Positions 9,977-20,358 of a stretch of 54,719 nucleotides of DNA are shown here, piece after piece. The notes below the pieces were generated by a model. That model saw nothing but the letters and a program-made list of their open reading frames with translations, did not search any database and had not been told where the DNA came from. The position numbers and the translations under genes were made by a program. The DNA is taken from NCBI GenBank assembly GCA_036821065.1, contig DAISKI010000001.1, positions 1 to 54,719 of the forward strand, written 5' to 3'. Within the stretch, counting starts at the first letter, position 1. Each line of letters starts with the position of its first letter. The DNA is from Polynucleobacter sp. (GTDB lineage: Bacteria; Pseudomonadota; Gammaproteobacteria; Burkholderiales; Burkholderiaceae).

Positions 9977-11287
9977 TCATTTAGATGAATAGATTTTAGA
10001 AATGATTTGTTTATATTCTTCCAAATTCGCATCGGAAGACTGCTTTAAAGCATGAATTGGTGCATGCATAAACTTATTAGCGAGCGCTATTGCCATATGC
10101 GAAAGAACGACCATAGGGTCATCGCCATTCGCAATCCTTCTGCTTGCTTTTTCGAGCTCAATTTTTTGGTATTGCTCACCGACGTTCTGAATTGATTTAA
10201 TGATTGGTACAACAGCCCTTTTCTCTAGGGTTTCATAAAACTCAATAACACCTCTCTCAATGATCTTTTCTGCATCGCCAATACAATCTTGACGATTAGC
10301 CTTACCCGCACTGACTATCTCACCAAGATCGTCGATTGAGTAAAGATAGGCGTTTTTAAGACTCTTAATTTCAGACTCAAAATCTCTTGGAACCGCTAAA
10401 TCTATCAGGACTATGGGGCGAGATTGCCTAGCTTTCAGTGCTGTTTTTACCATTCCCATACCGATGATAGGAAGCGAACTAGCAGTGCAAGAAACAACAA
10501 CATCGTATTTATGTAACTGCTTCGGCAAGTCAATCAATGGAAACACTTCAGTTTCTAGATTCTTATCAGAGAAAGTTTTAATTAAGTCATTGCCTCGGTC
10601 AACAGTTCTATTTGAGATAGCAATCTTTTTCGGATTTTTTCCTGCAAAGTGATTTGCGCAAAGTCCAATCATTTCCCCGGCACCAATGAATAAAATATTG
10701 CATTCACTGACTTTGCCAAAAATACGCTCAACCAACTTAATGGAGGCGCCCGCTATTGATATCGAGTGTGCTCCAATTTGGGTATTGCCGCGAACAACCT
10801 TAGCTACTGAAAATGTTTTACTAAATAAGGGCTTTAAATAAGTCCCCAAAGTACCGACTTGATTAGCATTCTCTATTGCTTTTTTCATTTGCCCAAGGAT
10901 TTGCGTCTCACCCAAGACCATTGAATCCAAACCACTCCCCACCCTAAATGCATGTTTTACAGCATCACTTTCTTTTGCCGAGTAGATGTAAGGACGTAAC
11001 TCATCTTTTTGAACATTATTTTGTGCTGCTAACCACTCAAAGGCACGATCCTCTAGATGGTTCTCGGTATATTCAATATCATTTGCTGCACAATAAATCT
11101 CCATACGATTGCATGTAGACAATATGGCCACCTCTGGCTTATTGCCAGAGTCAGTTCCTTGCAAATATTTACGCAAATCTATCAATGAGTCCTGCAAAAC
11201 CTCGGGCGAGACAGCAACGCTTTCTCGAATATCGACTGGCGCTGTATGGTGATTAACACCGAGATTTAATAGCTTCATCCCTGACAT
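9977..11287 (-). CDS. hemA: Glutamyl-tRNA reductase (C5 ALA pathway)
   Basis: GVNHHTAP, catalytic [26 protein letters not shown] and DLAVPRD motifs. Confidence 0.95.
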   Translation of the reverse strand: MSGMKLLNLGVNHHTAPVDIRESVAVSPEVLQDSLIDLRKYLQGTDSGNKPEVAILSTCNRMEIYCAANDIEYTENHLEDRAFEWLAAQNNVQKDELRPYIYSAKESDAVKHAFRVGSGLDSMVLGETQILGQMKKAIENANQVGTLGTYLKPLFSKTFSVAKVVRGNTQIGAHSISIAGASIKLVERIFGKVSECNILFIGAGEMIGLCANHFAGKNPKKIAISNRTVDRGNDLIKTFSDKNLETEVFPLIDLPKQLHKYDVVVSCTASSLPIIGMGMVKTALKARQSRPIVLIDLAVPRDFESEIKSLKNAYLYSIDDLGEIVSAGKANRQDCIGDAEKIIERGVIEFYETLEKRAVVPIIKSIQNVGEQYQKIELEKASRRIANGDDPMVVLSHMAIALANKFMHAPIHALKQSSDANLEEYKQIISKIYSSK

Positions 11288-11291
11288 GCTC

Positions 11292-11777
11292 TTAGTAAGC
11301 TCCTGGATTTAAGGCCATCGTTTCCCAATTCAAGCACATTGCGATAGTGACCCATATTAAGTAAGGCAACATCAGGGATGCAGCCAATTTTCTTATCGGC
11401 CACATTACTAAAATAATCGCTAGCACTGAACCCCAGAGGAAAAATGCCTCTATAAACGACCAATCAGGATGCTGCATCCTAAAGTAGAAAATACTCCAGA
11501 GCACATTTAGAAATCCATTCAACCCAAAAAGGAAGGTGATTTTATTTTTCTGAGATTGTGTTGGATGGTTATTAAAGGCAATCATCCAGGCAAGCGCAGA
11601 CAAAATAAAAATAATTGTCCAAATGACTCCAAACGACCAATCTGGTGGTTTCCAGGGAGGCTGTATTAAGGAGAAGTACCAAGGACCTAGCTTTGTAGCC
11701 ATGCCACCCAAGAATGATGTTGCAACCATCCAGGCTGCAATCATCCAAAGGTACTTATGTTGAAAAAAGAACTTCAT
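11292..11777 (-). CDS. tspO: Tryptophan-rich sensory protein TspO/CrtK
   Basis: WYFSLIQPPWKPPDWSFGVIW and LPYLIW motifs; 5 TM helices. Confidence 0.93.
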   Translation of the reverse strand: MKFFFQHKYLWMIAAWMVATSFLGGMATKLGPWYFSLIQPPWKPPDWSFGVIWTIIFILSALAWMIAFNNHPTQSQKNKITFLFGLNGFLNVLWSIFYFRMQHPDWSFIEAFFLWGSVLAIILVMWPIRKLAASLMLPYLIWVTIAMCLNWETMALNPGAY

Positions 11778-12979
11778 ACCTTGGCTAATCCTAAAAGATG
11801 TCCCATATCTTTGATAAAGATCTTGAGATGAGCCATAGGCTTTTTACGCACTAGCTTCTTGTTCATATACGACTCAAATGTCAATCTTTGAACATCTTTG
11901 TCTTCGCACATTTTGACAAAGCTCTCACGGCGCTTATCGGTTGAGTACCAAAAATACTGCATGATTCCAAGCACCAGAAATGTCATGCGATGCTCTTTCA
12001 TAAATCTTTTTCTTGCGAGCTGTAGTTTGGCGGGGTCTTGGGTTTCTACAAACTCAGCAATAGCCTCACCCGCTAATTGACCGCCAAGCATGGCGTAATA
12101 AATTCCTTCACCAGACGCTGGAGCTACTACTCCTGCAGCATCTCCAGCAAGTACAACCTGCTTTCCATCATCCCATTTTTTTAATGGCTTCATAGGGAGC
12201 GGCGCGCCCTCATGTCGAACTAGCTCTGCGTGCTCTAGTCCAATATCTTTCCTCAATTGACCTACTGCATTACGGAGCGAAAAACCCTTATCAGCGCTAC
12301 CAGTACCAATACTGATCGTATCGCCATGGGGAAACACCCAACCATAAAAGTCAGGCGATACCGGCTGTTGATACAACACATCGCATCGACTTGCATCAAA
12401 TGAGCTTGGACTGTCTTTAGGCGTTTTAATAATCTCGTGATAAGCAAAAACATAATTCGCCTCAGCGCAACCCTTAACACCCGCACTTCTTCCTACCTGT
12501 GATTTAGCTCCATCGGCACCAACCACAGATTTTGCTAAAACACTCTTTAGCGCATCTTGGCCACTCTCAAGCGCTCCTCGTGTGCGATAGTAAATGCGTA
12601 CATTGGCACCCTCTCGTTTAAGGGTTTCAAATAATCCATCCTCACGAACTGCCCCTGCTGCAACTGCACGCTTTCTTAGCCATTCATCAAACTGGGCACG
12701 ATCAACCATCCCTACAAAACCATTCTCAATAGGGATGTCAACCGTTTTCCCAAGAGGTGAAACCATTCGAGCGGATTTTGCTTTTGCTACCAATAGCTCA
12801 TCTGGAATCTGAAAATCTTTGATTAAACGCGGAGGGATAGCTCCACCGCACGGCTTAATACGTCCGCGTTTATCTAATAGCAAGACATGCTTACCCTTTT
12901 GAGCAAGCGTTTGAGCTGCAGTAGCGCCTGCGGGTCCACCCCCAACAACCACTGCGTCATAAATAAATTCTGTTGTCAT
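11774..12979 (-). CDS. bchP: Geranylgeranyl reductase
   Basis: GGGPAG FAD motif, KPCGGAIP and GDAAG..SGEGIYYA. Confidence 0.96.
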   Translation of the reverse strand: MTTEFIYDAVVVGGGPAGATAAQTLAQKGKHVLLLDKRGRIKPCGGAIPPRLIKDFQIPDELLVAKAKSARMVSPLGKTVDIPIENGFVGMVDRAQFDEWLRKRAVAAGAVREDGLFETLKREGANVRIYYRTRGALESGQDALKSVLAKSVVGADGAKSQVGRSAGVKGCAEANYVFAYHEIIKTPKDSPSSFDASRCDVLYQQPVSPDFYGWVFPHGDTISIGTGSADKGFSLRNAVGQLRKDIGLEHAELVRHEGAPLPMKPLKKWDDGKQVVLAGDAAGVVAPASGEGIYYAMLGGQLAGEAIAEFVETQDPAKLQLARKRFMKEHRMTFLVLGIMQYFWYSTDKRRESFVKMCEDKDVQRLTFESYMNKKLVRKKPMAHLKIFIKDMGHLLGLAKV

Positions 12980-12982
12980 GTT

Positions 12983-14311
12983 TTACCCCGCTTTGTATTC
13001 ATTAGAGGATTTACGCTCAACCAAAGATGCCATATAGGCAGAGGCAATAAATAAAACTGCCTCTATAAAAAATACACTGGCATAGGCCCAGGCAGCATTC
13101 GTAAATAGTGAGCGAGCCAGATCGCTTGCTGCTGCTCCTAGAAGTCCACCTAGACCAAATGCGATCGCTTGGGCACCACCCCAAAGCCCAATTCTGACGC
13201 CCTCTTTTCCGCTACCGCCAACTACTGCTAAACGCATCATTGATGCAATTGCAGCAATTGAAAATGCGCCATTTGCAAGCCCCAAAATATAGACATTCAG
13301 CTTTAATGGCCATTCACCTTCCAACATCCCAGCTAAGACCAATCCAAACATTGCTAGCGCTGATGCAAGGCAACCATAAATCATCCATGACCTCAGAGAT
13401 CCAAAATAGCGTCTCAATCTACTTGATCCACAAACGGCAACCAATAGCATGCCTGTTAAAACTCCAGAATGTTGAATTCCTGATAGGCTGGTTGTCTCTC
13501 CCAAGGTGTATTTGAAAATGATTCCTGCGAAGGGCTCCAAAATTAAGTCCTGCGCACTAAAAGCTAACATCGACAAAAAGATAAAAATGGTGAATCTTTT
13601 AGCATCGGGATCAGCTAGGATCTCTCTGAGCGCGATCTTAAAAGGGACCTTTTCTTTGGTATTTGATATTCTATTTTCAAGATCAGCTCCCTCTAGTTTG
13701 TAAAGAGCTGAGGATGTAAGTGCAATAGCGACTAATGAGATGATCCCCGAAATCAGAATCACCTTTTCGGGGGTATAAGGATCTAAAAATTTCCCTGCTA
13801 GCCCGCTAGTTAATGCAAAACCAAAGATCATCATCAGCCATACAGTTGTAGCAGCGGCCGCCCTACGTTCATCACTGACTCCTTTTGCTAATAACGCGAG
13901 CAAGGATGTGCCACTCATACTGACGCCAATACCAATTAGGAAGAAGGCCACAATGGCACCGAGTATTCCGACGATTAAATTAATGCCCATCAGTGTCGTT
14001 GCAATTGCAGCACCGAATCCACCTAATGCTAGTAATGCAACACCGCCGATAATCCACGGGGTTTTCTTTGAGCCACTATCAGATTCAAATCCCATCCGCG
14101 GCCTAATAACCTGTACAAAATAATGAATAGCAACCAAAAGCCCAGGAAGGCTAGCTGGTAGAGCCAATTCAACGACCATGATGCGGTTGAGTGTTGAGGT
14201 TGTCATGACAACAATTGCGCCTATTGAGGCCTGGACAAGACCTAATCGCACGATTCGGAGCCATCCAAAGGTGGAATGACGAATGAGGGGTTGAGTAATT
14301 GCAATACTCAC
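12983..14311 (-). CDS. BCD-family (PucC-like) MFS protein between bchG and bchP
   Basis: RLGLVQASIG, STLNRIMVVEL and QDLILEPF motifs; conserved bchG-pucC-like-bchP synteny. Confidence 0.9.
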   Translation of the reverse strand: MSIAITQPLIRHSTFGWLRIVRLGLVQASIGAIVVMTTSTLNRIMVVELALPASLPGLLVAIHYFVQVIRPRMGFESDSGSKKTPWIIGGVALLALGGFGAAIATTLMGINLIVGILGAIVAFFLIGIGVSMSGTSLLALLAKGVSDERRAAAATTVWLMMIFGFALTSGLAGKFLDPYTPEKVILISGIISLVAIALTSSALYKLEGADLENRISNTKEKVPFKIALREILADPDAKRFTIFIFLSMLAFSAQDLILEPFAGIIFKYTLGETTSLSGIQHSGVLTGMLLVAVCGSSRLRRYFGSLRSWMIYGCLASALAMFGLVLAGMLEGEWPLKLNVYILGLANGAFSIAAIASMMRLAVVGGSGKEGVRIGLWGGAQAIAFGLGGLLGAAASDLARSLFTNAAWAYASVFFIEAVLFIASAYMASLVERKSSNEYKAG

Positions 14312-15192
14312 GATGCTATCTCCATACCTTTGACTGCAAATGCTGCAACCATCATTCCTGATACCAATAATGGAACCCCAAAGCCACTATAGAAAAGTGC
14401 TTTTTGTATGGGTCTTTTGAGGAAATCAATCAATAGGAATATCTGACCAAGCATTAGTCCGCCAATCACAATGGCATAACTCTCCTTGCCCCAGTACAAC
14501 AGTAATATCAGTACAAAGATCTGTGGGATTAACATAAACGCTGCAGAAAATTGAGCCGCTCTTTTTGCTCCAAGCTGAACAGGCAAGGAGCGCACGCCCA
14601 TTTGACGATCTCCCTCAATTGCCTTGAAATCATTCAAGGTCATAATCCCATGAGCACTTGCACTATAAAGACCCGCGAGCAATAGCGATGGTTTATTTGG
14701 TATTGATCCACCCGATAACAATGTTGCACCTGTTATCCAAGCCAAGCCTTCATAGCTGACACCACAAGCAAGATTTCCAATCCAGCCATTATTTTTAAAT
14801 CGAATAGGTGGCATGCTATATAGCCAAGCTAATATCAAAGCCAAGACAGTTGCTAAAAATCCGATCACGCCCAAGTAGCTAGCTACATACAGTGAAATCA
14901 ATGACCAAATAATGGCGATGTATAAGCCCCAGCGCCCAGGAATCCTGCCTGATGGTATTGGTCTATCAGGCTCATTGATAGCATCAACATGACGGTCATA
15001 CCAGTCATTTACTGCCTGACTTGAGGCGCAAACAAGTGGGCCCGTTAAAAGCAAGCCCAAGAAAAATATGGGTAAATTTTGTTTGATAGCTTCACTACCG
15101 GTGATGGAGCCGCAAGCAAACGCCCACATTGGAGGAAACCAAGTGATGGGCTTCAAAAGCGTCAAAATTGCTCTAGGCTCTGGCAGATTCAT
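14308..15192 (-). CDS. bchG: Bacteriochlorophyll synthase
   Basis: LLKPITWFPPMWAF, NDWYDRHVDAINEPDRPIPSGR and NDFKAIEGDR motifs. Confidence 0.97.
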   Translation of the reverse strand: MNLPEPRAILTLLKPITWFPPMWAFACGSITGSEAIKQNLPIFFLGLLLTGPLVCASSQAVNDWYDRHVDAINEPDRPIPSGRIPGRWGLYIAIIWSLISLYVASYLGVIGFLATVLALILAWLYSMPPIRFKNNGWIGNLACGVSYEGLAWITGATLLSGGSIPNKPSLLLAGLYSASAHGIMTLNDFKAIEGDRQMGVRSLPVQLGAKRAAQFSAAFMLIPQIFVLILLLYWGKESYAIVIGGLMLGQIFLLIDFLKRPIQKALFYSGFGVPLLVSGMMVAAFAVKGMEIAS

Positions 15193-15199
15193 GTAAATG

Positions 15200-15244
15200 A
15201 TTTTGTCATTGACATTTTAAAGTGTCAATTAAATTTGACACTTT
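15200..15244 (-). promoter_or_regulatory. bchG promoter with PpsR box
   Basis: TGTCAATTAAATTTGACA (15223-15240, TGT-N12-ACA) inside a longer inverted repeat; minus strand reads TTGACA-N17-CAAAAT. Confidence 0.85.
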
Positions 15245-15305
15245 TATAGCCTGTTTTTACCAGTGAAAACCCTTATATATCAATAAGAAAGCGAATTTTT
15301 AGGGT

Positions 15306-16247
15306 CTAGGCTGCCTCTAGCAAAGCCTTTGGTAAAGAGAAATTGACACCCTCTTCAATGCCATCCATGGCCAGTATTCTGGCCTGACAAATCACGCCCA
15401 CTGCCTCGATAATTTTGGCGGTTAATGCCTCGGGAGCTGATGCACCAGCCGTAATACCAATATTAGCTGCCCCTTTAAACCATTTATTTTGGATTTGGTT
15501 TGGGTTATCAACCAAATAAGCGGGAATATGCAAACTGCTAGCTAATTCTTGAAGTCGCTTGGAATTAGAGCTATTTTGACTACCGACTACGATAACGACA
15601 TCGACATGAGGAGCCATTTTTTTCACAGCATCCTGACGATTTTGAGTTGCATAGCAAATATCTTGCCGCTTGGGTGCATGTATCTGGGGATACCTTTGAA
15701 CTAATGCAGCTGTAATTTCACGAGTTTCATCAATCGATAAAGTCGTTTGCGTAACGTAAGCCAATAAGTCACTCTCACTAAAGTTTAGGTTAGCAACATC
15801 TGATACGCGCTCAATGAGATAAATGGAGTCATCAATCTGACCCATAGTCCCCTCTACCTCAGGATGTCCATGGTGACCAATCATAATAATTTGATAACCA
15901 CGCTCTTTTAGGCGCACTACTTCAGCATGTACCTTGGCTACTAAAGGGCAAGTCGCATCAAACACAGTGAGCTCATACTCATCAGCCGCATACCTCACTG
16001 CTTTGGATACCCCGTGTGCGCTAAATATTAGGATCGCCCCTTTTGGAACTAGAGATAAATCATTTACAAAAATAACTCCCCTACTTTCGAAATCTTTAAC
16101 TACATAAGCATTATGAATAATTTCATGTCTTACGTAGATGGGAGCCCCAAATTTTTTTAAAGATTCTTCAACAATAAGAATTGCTCTTTCAACACCAGCA
16201 CAAAAACCTCGAGGTTGAGCAAGATAAATAGTCTTAGATGAGATCAT
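15306..16247 (-). CDS. ispH: 4-hydroxy-3-methylbut-2-enyl diphosphate reductase
   Basis: PRGFCAGV, DATCPLV, DICYATQNRQ, SSNS and TAGASAP motifs. Confidence 0.97.
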   Translation of the reverse strand: MISSKTIYLAQPRGFCAGVERAILIVEESLKKFGAPIYVRHEIIHNAYVVKDFESRGVIFVNDLSLVPKGAILIFSAHGVSKAVRYAADEYELTVFDATCPLVAKVHAEVVRLKERGYQIIMIGHHGHPEVEGTMGQIDDSIYLIERVSDVANLNFSESDLLAYVTQTTLSIDETREITAALVQRYPQIHAPKRQDICYATQNRQDAVKKMAPHVDVVIVVGSQNSSNSKRLQELASSLHIPAYLVDNPNQIQNKWFKGAANIGITAGASAPEALTAKIIEAVGVICQARILAMDGIEEGVNFSLPKALLEAA

Positions 16248-16258
16248 ATAAATGCTCT

Positions 16259-17017
16259 CTAACCGTTATTCTTATAGCCCCACTTCCATAGCCATTCATT
16301 TGGAAATGGAAGTACAAGAAATAGATGCTCCAACAGTCCAAGCGCCAATAATGTACCCAGCAAGACAGAGGATGTCATTTCATATAATGAAGACTCAGAT
16401 GCTGCTCGAGTCCAGATCGGAATAAGAAAAAGTAAAGATGCAAGTATAGAGATAGGCATTAATAAATTCATCGCCCTACGTCTAAAGTATGTAATTAGAT
16501 ACTTTAAGTGCTGAGGTAAAAAAGCTTCATTAAAATTTAAGACACCCAGATAGATATTTACTTTGGTGCTTTGTCTCATTCCCCACAAAATAACGTAAGT
16601 CCAAAAACCAGTTTGATTAACAGATTCAAGATTAATCAAAAAAAGGATTAGACCCAAGACTAATAAAGTTAACTCGTGATAATTGATCGTTTGGAATGCA
16701 TACCAAGCTCGACGCATCCCTCCTATATCAGCAGGACAGTCTGAGCGCCTAGAACCCGTAATGTAGCCGAACAAAAATGCTAGCTCTTGCCAGCCCCAAA
16801 TGATGATGGCACAAGTAAATGAGCAGTAAGCGCCAGCAATAGTTAATGCCTGGCCAGATATATGTAGACCCCAAAATGCCAACATCAGGATCCCAATAGA
16901 AATAATAAATATTGCTCTATAAAAACGTCTTGGCAGGCTATTAATTTTAAGAATCAGCCCCGTACTAAACCACCATATAAAAATGGTGAAGATGAGAGGG
17001 CTGATCCAAAAATACAT
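16259..17017 (-). CDS. puhE: Photosynthetic complex assembly protein PuhE
   Basis: WWFSTG, WGWQE, MRQSTKVN and LEHLFLVLP motifs; directly follows acsF. Confidence 0.9.
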   Translation of the reverse strand: MYFWISPLIFTIFIWWFSTGLILKINSLPRRFYRAIFIISIGILMLAFWGLHISGQALTIAGAYCSFTCAIIIWGWQELAFLFGYITGSRRSDCPADIGGMRRAWYAFQTINYHELTLLVLGLILFLINLESVNQTGFWTYVILWGMRQSTKVNIYLGVLNFNEAFLPQHLKYLITYFRRRAMNLLMPISILASLLFLIPIWTRAASESSLYEMTSSVLLGTLLALGLLEHLFLVLPFPNEWLWKWGYKNNG

Positions 17018-17024
17018 TTTTTAT

Positions 17025-18101
17025 CTACCAAACTGGTACAAGACGTATGTCTTGAGGAAGTTCATTTGGAACAACTGGTAAGGTATAAATTCTCAGAAAT
17101 GTAATCATTGCTGAAGCTGCTAGGAAACCACGTTTAACCAAAGATAGAGCTCCTCCGGTCTGCTTTAATTCCTCAACCTCATCTGAGATCCTTCTTAATT
17201 TATCGAACCCCTCCCAAAGTCTTTGATTATCTAAATCAATGGTGAAAGGAAATACTTGCTTAGTAATATCTGAAGTAATTTGCAATACCTTGCGGTCATA
17301 GTCTGACGGGGAAACGCCGAGTGCTTTGTGAAACTCTGGGCGAGAATGGTCCCTGACGTACATCGTTGCATATACAGCCAATAAGAAGAAGCGAATCCAG
17401 AGTTTATTAACTCCACTGAGGAGATTGGGGCTTGAGCGCATCAATAAAGCAAATGCCTCTCCATGACGAAACTCATCATTGCACCACTTTTCAAACCAGA
17501 GAAAGATTGGATGGAAACGTAATTCAGGCTTGTTTTGAATTATTCGATAAATCGTAATATATCTTGCGTACCCAATCTTTTCTGATAGATAGGTAGCGTA
17601 AAAAATAAATTTTGGCTTAAAGAATGTATATTTTTTGGTCCGCGCCAAAAAACCCAAATCTACGCCAATACCGAAATCCTTGAGCCACTGGTTAATAAAA
17701 CCAGCATGCCGACTTTCATCACGGGCCATATATGTAAAAAGGCTTTTGAGATCTGGATTATTGATCGATTTTTTAATTTCAGAGTAAAGAACGCAACCAG
17801 AAAATTCAGAAGTAATAGAGCTAATTAAGAAATCTAAAAATTCTTGATACAGGCCGTCTGGTAAATGCGAATAATCCTTAGACATGTCTTCAGGGCGCTG
17901 AAAATGGGTCTGATTAATATCTTGATCGAACTCTTTCATCAACCTATCCCACTCGGGCCTCACAGAGGAGACGTCAAATCGATCCATCTCATCAAAATCG
18001 GTTGTATAAAAGCGGGGGCTGAGAATGGTATTTTCTAAAGCCCTATCCGTTGATTCATTAATTGGGCGAGCAGAATTCATGCCAATAGGAGATGCACTCA
18101 T
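17025..18101 (-). CDS. acsF: O2-dependent Mg-protoporphyrin IX monomethyl ester cyclase
   Basis: [18 protein letters not shown], di-iron motifs DESRH and [16 protein letters not shown]. Confidence 0.97.
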   Translation of the reverse strand: MSASPIGMNSARPINESTDRALENTILSPRFYTTDFDEMDRFDVSSVRPEWDRLMKEFDQDINQTHFQRPEDMSKDYSHLPDGLYQEFLDFLISSITSEFSGCVLYSEIKKSINNPDLKSLFTYMARDESRHAGFINQWLKDFGIGVDLGFLARTKKYTFFKPKFIFYATYLSEKIGYARYITIYRIIQNKPELRFHPIFLWFEKWCNDEFRHGEAFALLMRSSPNLLSGVNKLWIRFFLLAVYATMYVRDHSRPEFHKALGVSPSDYDRKVLQITSDITKQVFPFTIDLDNQRLWEGFDKLRRISDEVEELKQTGGALSLVKRGFLAASAMITFLRIYTLPVVPNELPQDIRLVPVW

Positions 18102-18451
18102 ACCTTTACTCCTTCATGCAAAATAATTGGGCTCATTTCTTTTTTCATATCTGGCCTTGGATATCTCTTGGCCTTACTGAATCGAGTGGTAGAAAAACTT
18201 ACTTCGTACAACATCGTAATTTCTAATCTTGCCGTCAGATAGACCCATAGGCGAGAGAATATGCCCGCTTTAGAAACAGTTGCTGTTCTGCTATAGCTAA
18301 GAATCTCTCCAAACTCAATGTCTACGATCGGGTTATGAACTAATACTGCATCCCCTGGCCCCACCTTGACTCCATTAAGATCAACGTGAGCATACAAAAA
18401 CTCAGATGTATTCGACATATCAATATGACAATTCACTAGCTGTTTTGACAT
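18098..18451 (-). CDS. bciE: BciE-like cyclase auxiliary protein
   Basis: Pattern C-x-I...[32 protein letters not shown] matches my recollection of Rhodobacter BciE; lies directly upstream of acsF with a 4-nt overlap. Confidence 0.78.
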   Translation of the reverse strand: MSKQLVNCHIDMSNTSEFLYAHVDLNGVKVGPGDAVLVHNPIVDIEFGEILSYSRTATVSKAGIFSRLWVYLTARLEITMLYEVSFSTTRFSKAKRYPRPDMKKEMSPIILHEGVKV

Positions 18452-18453
18452 CA

Positions 18454-18897
18454 CTACCTCGAACTATTTAAAAATGCAGCAAACTCGGCTGCGTTATCTT
18501 TTCCAAATGACTCTAAATCAATTCGATTTTGAGTAGCAGGATCTACTAAAGTTAACCTTCCATCAGAGTGACTAATTAAGCTAAATGCATCATCACTAGT
18601 AATGTGACGAATACGGCGCTCACGCGCCATTGCCCTTAGAATACCCCTCACAAATCCAGCCTGACCTGTTACTTTTGCAACTACGTCACCATTATTAGCT
18701 GAAATAACCCCAACTGATCCATCCGGTAGATCCCTAAAGTAGAGATCTTTTTGAACTAAAACACTTGCATCGGCCTGACGCTCTATGACTCCAGCCTTCA
18801 TAAAGCTACCCACACCCATAACTACCATCGCTAAGGCTGCAAAAATTATCAAACCAATGTAATTTTGCTTACGCGCAGTAGTCATCTGAAGAATCAT
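18454..18897 (-). CDS. puhC: Photosynthetic complex assembly protein PuhC
   Basis: N-terminal TM helix, GFVRGILRAMARERR and IDLESFGKDN motifs. Confidence 0.92.
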   Translation of the reverse strand: MILQMTTARKQNYIGLIIFAALAMVVMGVGSFMKAGVIERQADASVLVQKDLYFRDLPDGSVGVISANNGDVVAKVTGQAGFVRGILRAMARERRIRHITSDDAFSLISHSDGRLTLVDPATQNRIDLESFGKDNAAEFAAFLNSSR

Positions 18898-19574
18898 GCT
18901 GTTTCAACTCCTGTGAAATGGCTTTTAGACTCCCCTGATTCGGCGTTGTTAATCTTCACAGAACGCGAAATCACATTGTTTTGTAAAGACCAAGCATCAA
19001 CTAAAATTTGTGCAACTTCAGCACAATTTTTAATACATCTCAAACTGGGCTGCGGAACAGCCCATTTAGCTGGTCTTGCATGGGGCCAAAGATGGAAAAT
19101 AGCGATCTTCGTACCCTTATTCAACTTCAAATAGATATCTCCACAGCCATCTTTAGTAAGTCCGCAATCAGCTGATTCAATCTGCTTGAGTGGGAAGTTA
19201 AAAGTCATATTCAACACAATCCCAATCCGCATCACCACCCGTTTATTAGTAATGGTGTAAACAGCTGTTGAAGCCATGAGATAGCCTAATAAGCCAATTA
19301 AGCCGAGCCCTAAACTTGAGAAGATGATGATTTGTAATGCCGAGAGGAGTATTGGGTATAGGGCTTCGCCATCGAGTGCACCACTAATGATTCGATACGC
19401 TAGCAGTAAGCCAAAATATAAGACAAGACCCTTCATATGAAAAACTTTAAGTAGCAAAGTTTTCAGATCAGGAGAGCCTTGCCATAATACTTTCTCCCCT
19501 TGCGGAAGTTTTTCAGGAAGCCCTAATTCTGCCTCAAACTCATGCTCAGGGCTGCTATGAATATTTAAACTCAT
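18894..19574 (-). CDS. puhB: Photosynthetic complex assembly protein PuhB
   Basis: EHEFEAELGLPEKLPQGEKVLWQGSP, YTITNKRVVMRIG and LWPHARP motifs. Confidence 0.93.
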   Translation of the reverse strand: MSLNIHSSPEHEFEAELGLPEKLPQGEKVLWQGSPDLKTLLLKVFHMKGLVLYFGLLLAYRIISGALDGEALYPILLSALQIIIFSSLGLGLIGLLGYLMASTAVYTITNKRVVMRIGIVLNMTFNFPLKQIESADCGLTKDGCGDIYLKLNKGTKIAIFHLWPHARPAKWAVPQPSLRCIKNCAEVAQILVDAWSLQNNVISRSVKINNAESGESKSHFTGVETA

Positions 19575-20335
19575 AGGAGTGGTTCCTGACGATTTGGTGT
19601 GGCATACAAAGTACCAGCTCCAAAGTAAGCCATGATTTTTTCTTCCTCAAGCAAAGTAACTTCTTCCGGATGCTTAGTTTTAGGAACCTGCTTGAATTGA
19701 TCCGCAAGAATTGACTGAACTTTGATATCACGCTTACCAATCTTAGAAAAATTGATTGGTAATAGTGTTTTAGTACCGCCGACATCTACCTCTAGATAGC
19801 GAATCAACATTTCCATATGATCAACCCAGACATCAGTTACAGTTCCAGCCTTTTCACCATCCGCAGCAATAACAGCTAAGCCGATAGGATTAGTATCAAT
19901 CGTAGATATCGATATTTCATGCAATTTGCGCAATGGACGAATGCGAGCATGGCCTTCTAAGTCATAATCAACATGATCAGCTCTATTTGCGTAGGAGCCT
20001 GGTCCAACGCCAGCCAAGAGCGGGTTGCCAACTGGTGTTAAAGGGGCGCCATTCCATGGATGAATGGGTTCTGCTGAGACTTTTTGAGTATCAGGCGGAC
20101 TTGCCAATGGGGCGAAATAAGTCTTGCCAAATTCTGTAACAAATTTTTTGATTCGTGGCATGCCGAGAATTCCATCCTCGCGACGAATCTGCCCAAAACG
20201 CTCAGTCTCCAATGGAAATCCTTCTCTCTTACTTTCCAATGTTAGATAGATAACCAATCCAACAAAGAAAAACAAAAAAAGGTAAACCACAACCTGAGCT
20301 AGATCTACGTATTGTGTAATTGCACCTGTACCCAT
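19571..20335 (-). CDS. puhA: Reaction centre H subunit
   Basis: MGTGAITQYVDLAQ, REGFPLE, GNPLLAGVGPGSY and VTLLEEEKI..YFGAG motifs. Confidence 0.97.
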   Translation of the reverse strand: MGTGAITQYVDLAQVVVYLFLFFFVGLVIYLTLESKREGFPLETERFGQIRREDGILGMPRIKKFVTEFGKTYFAPLASPPDTQKVSAEPIHPWNGAPLTPVGNPLLAGVGPGSYANRADHVDYDLEGHARIRPLRKLHEISISTIDTNPIGLAVIAADGEKAGTVTDVWVDHMEMLIRYLEVDVGGTKTLLPINFSKIGKRDIKVQSILADQFKQVPKTKHPEEVTLLEEEKIMAYFGAGTLYATPNRQEPLL

Positions 20336-20358
20336 TTCACTCTCCTTCTTTTAAAAAA

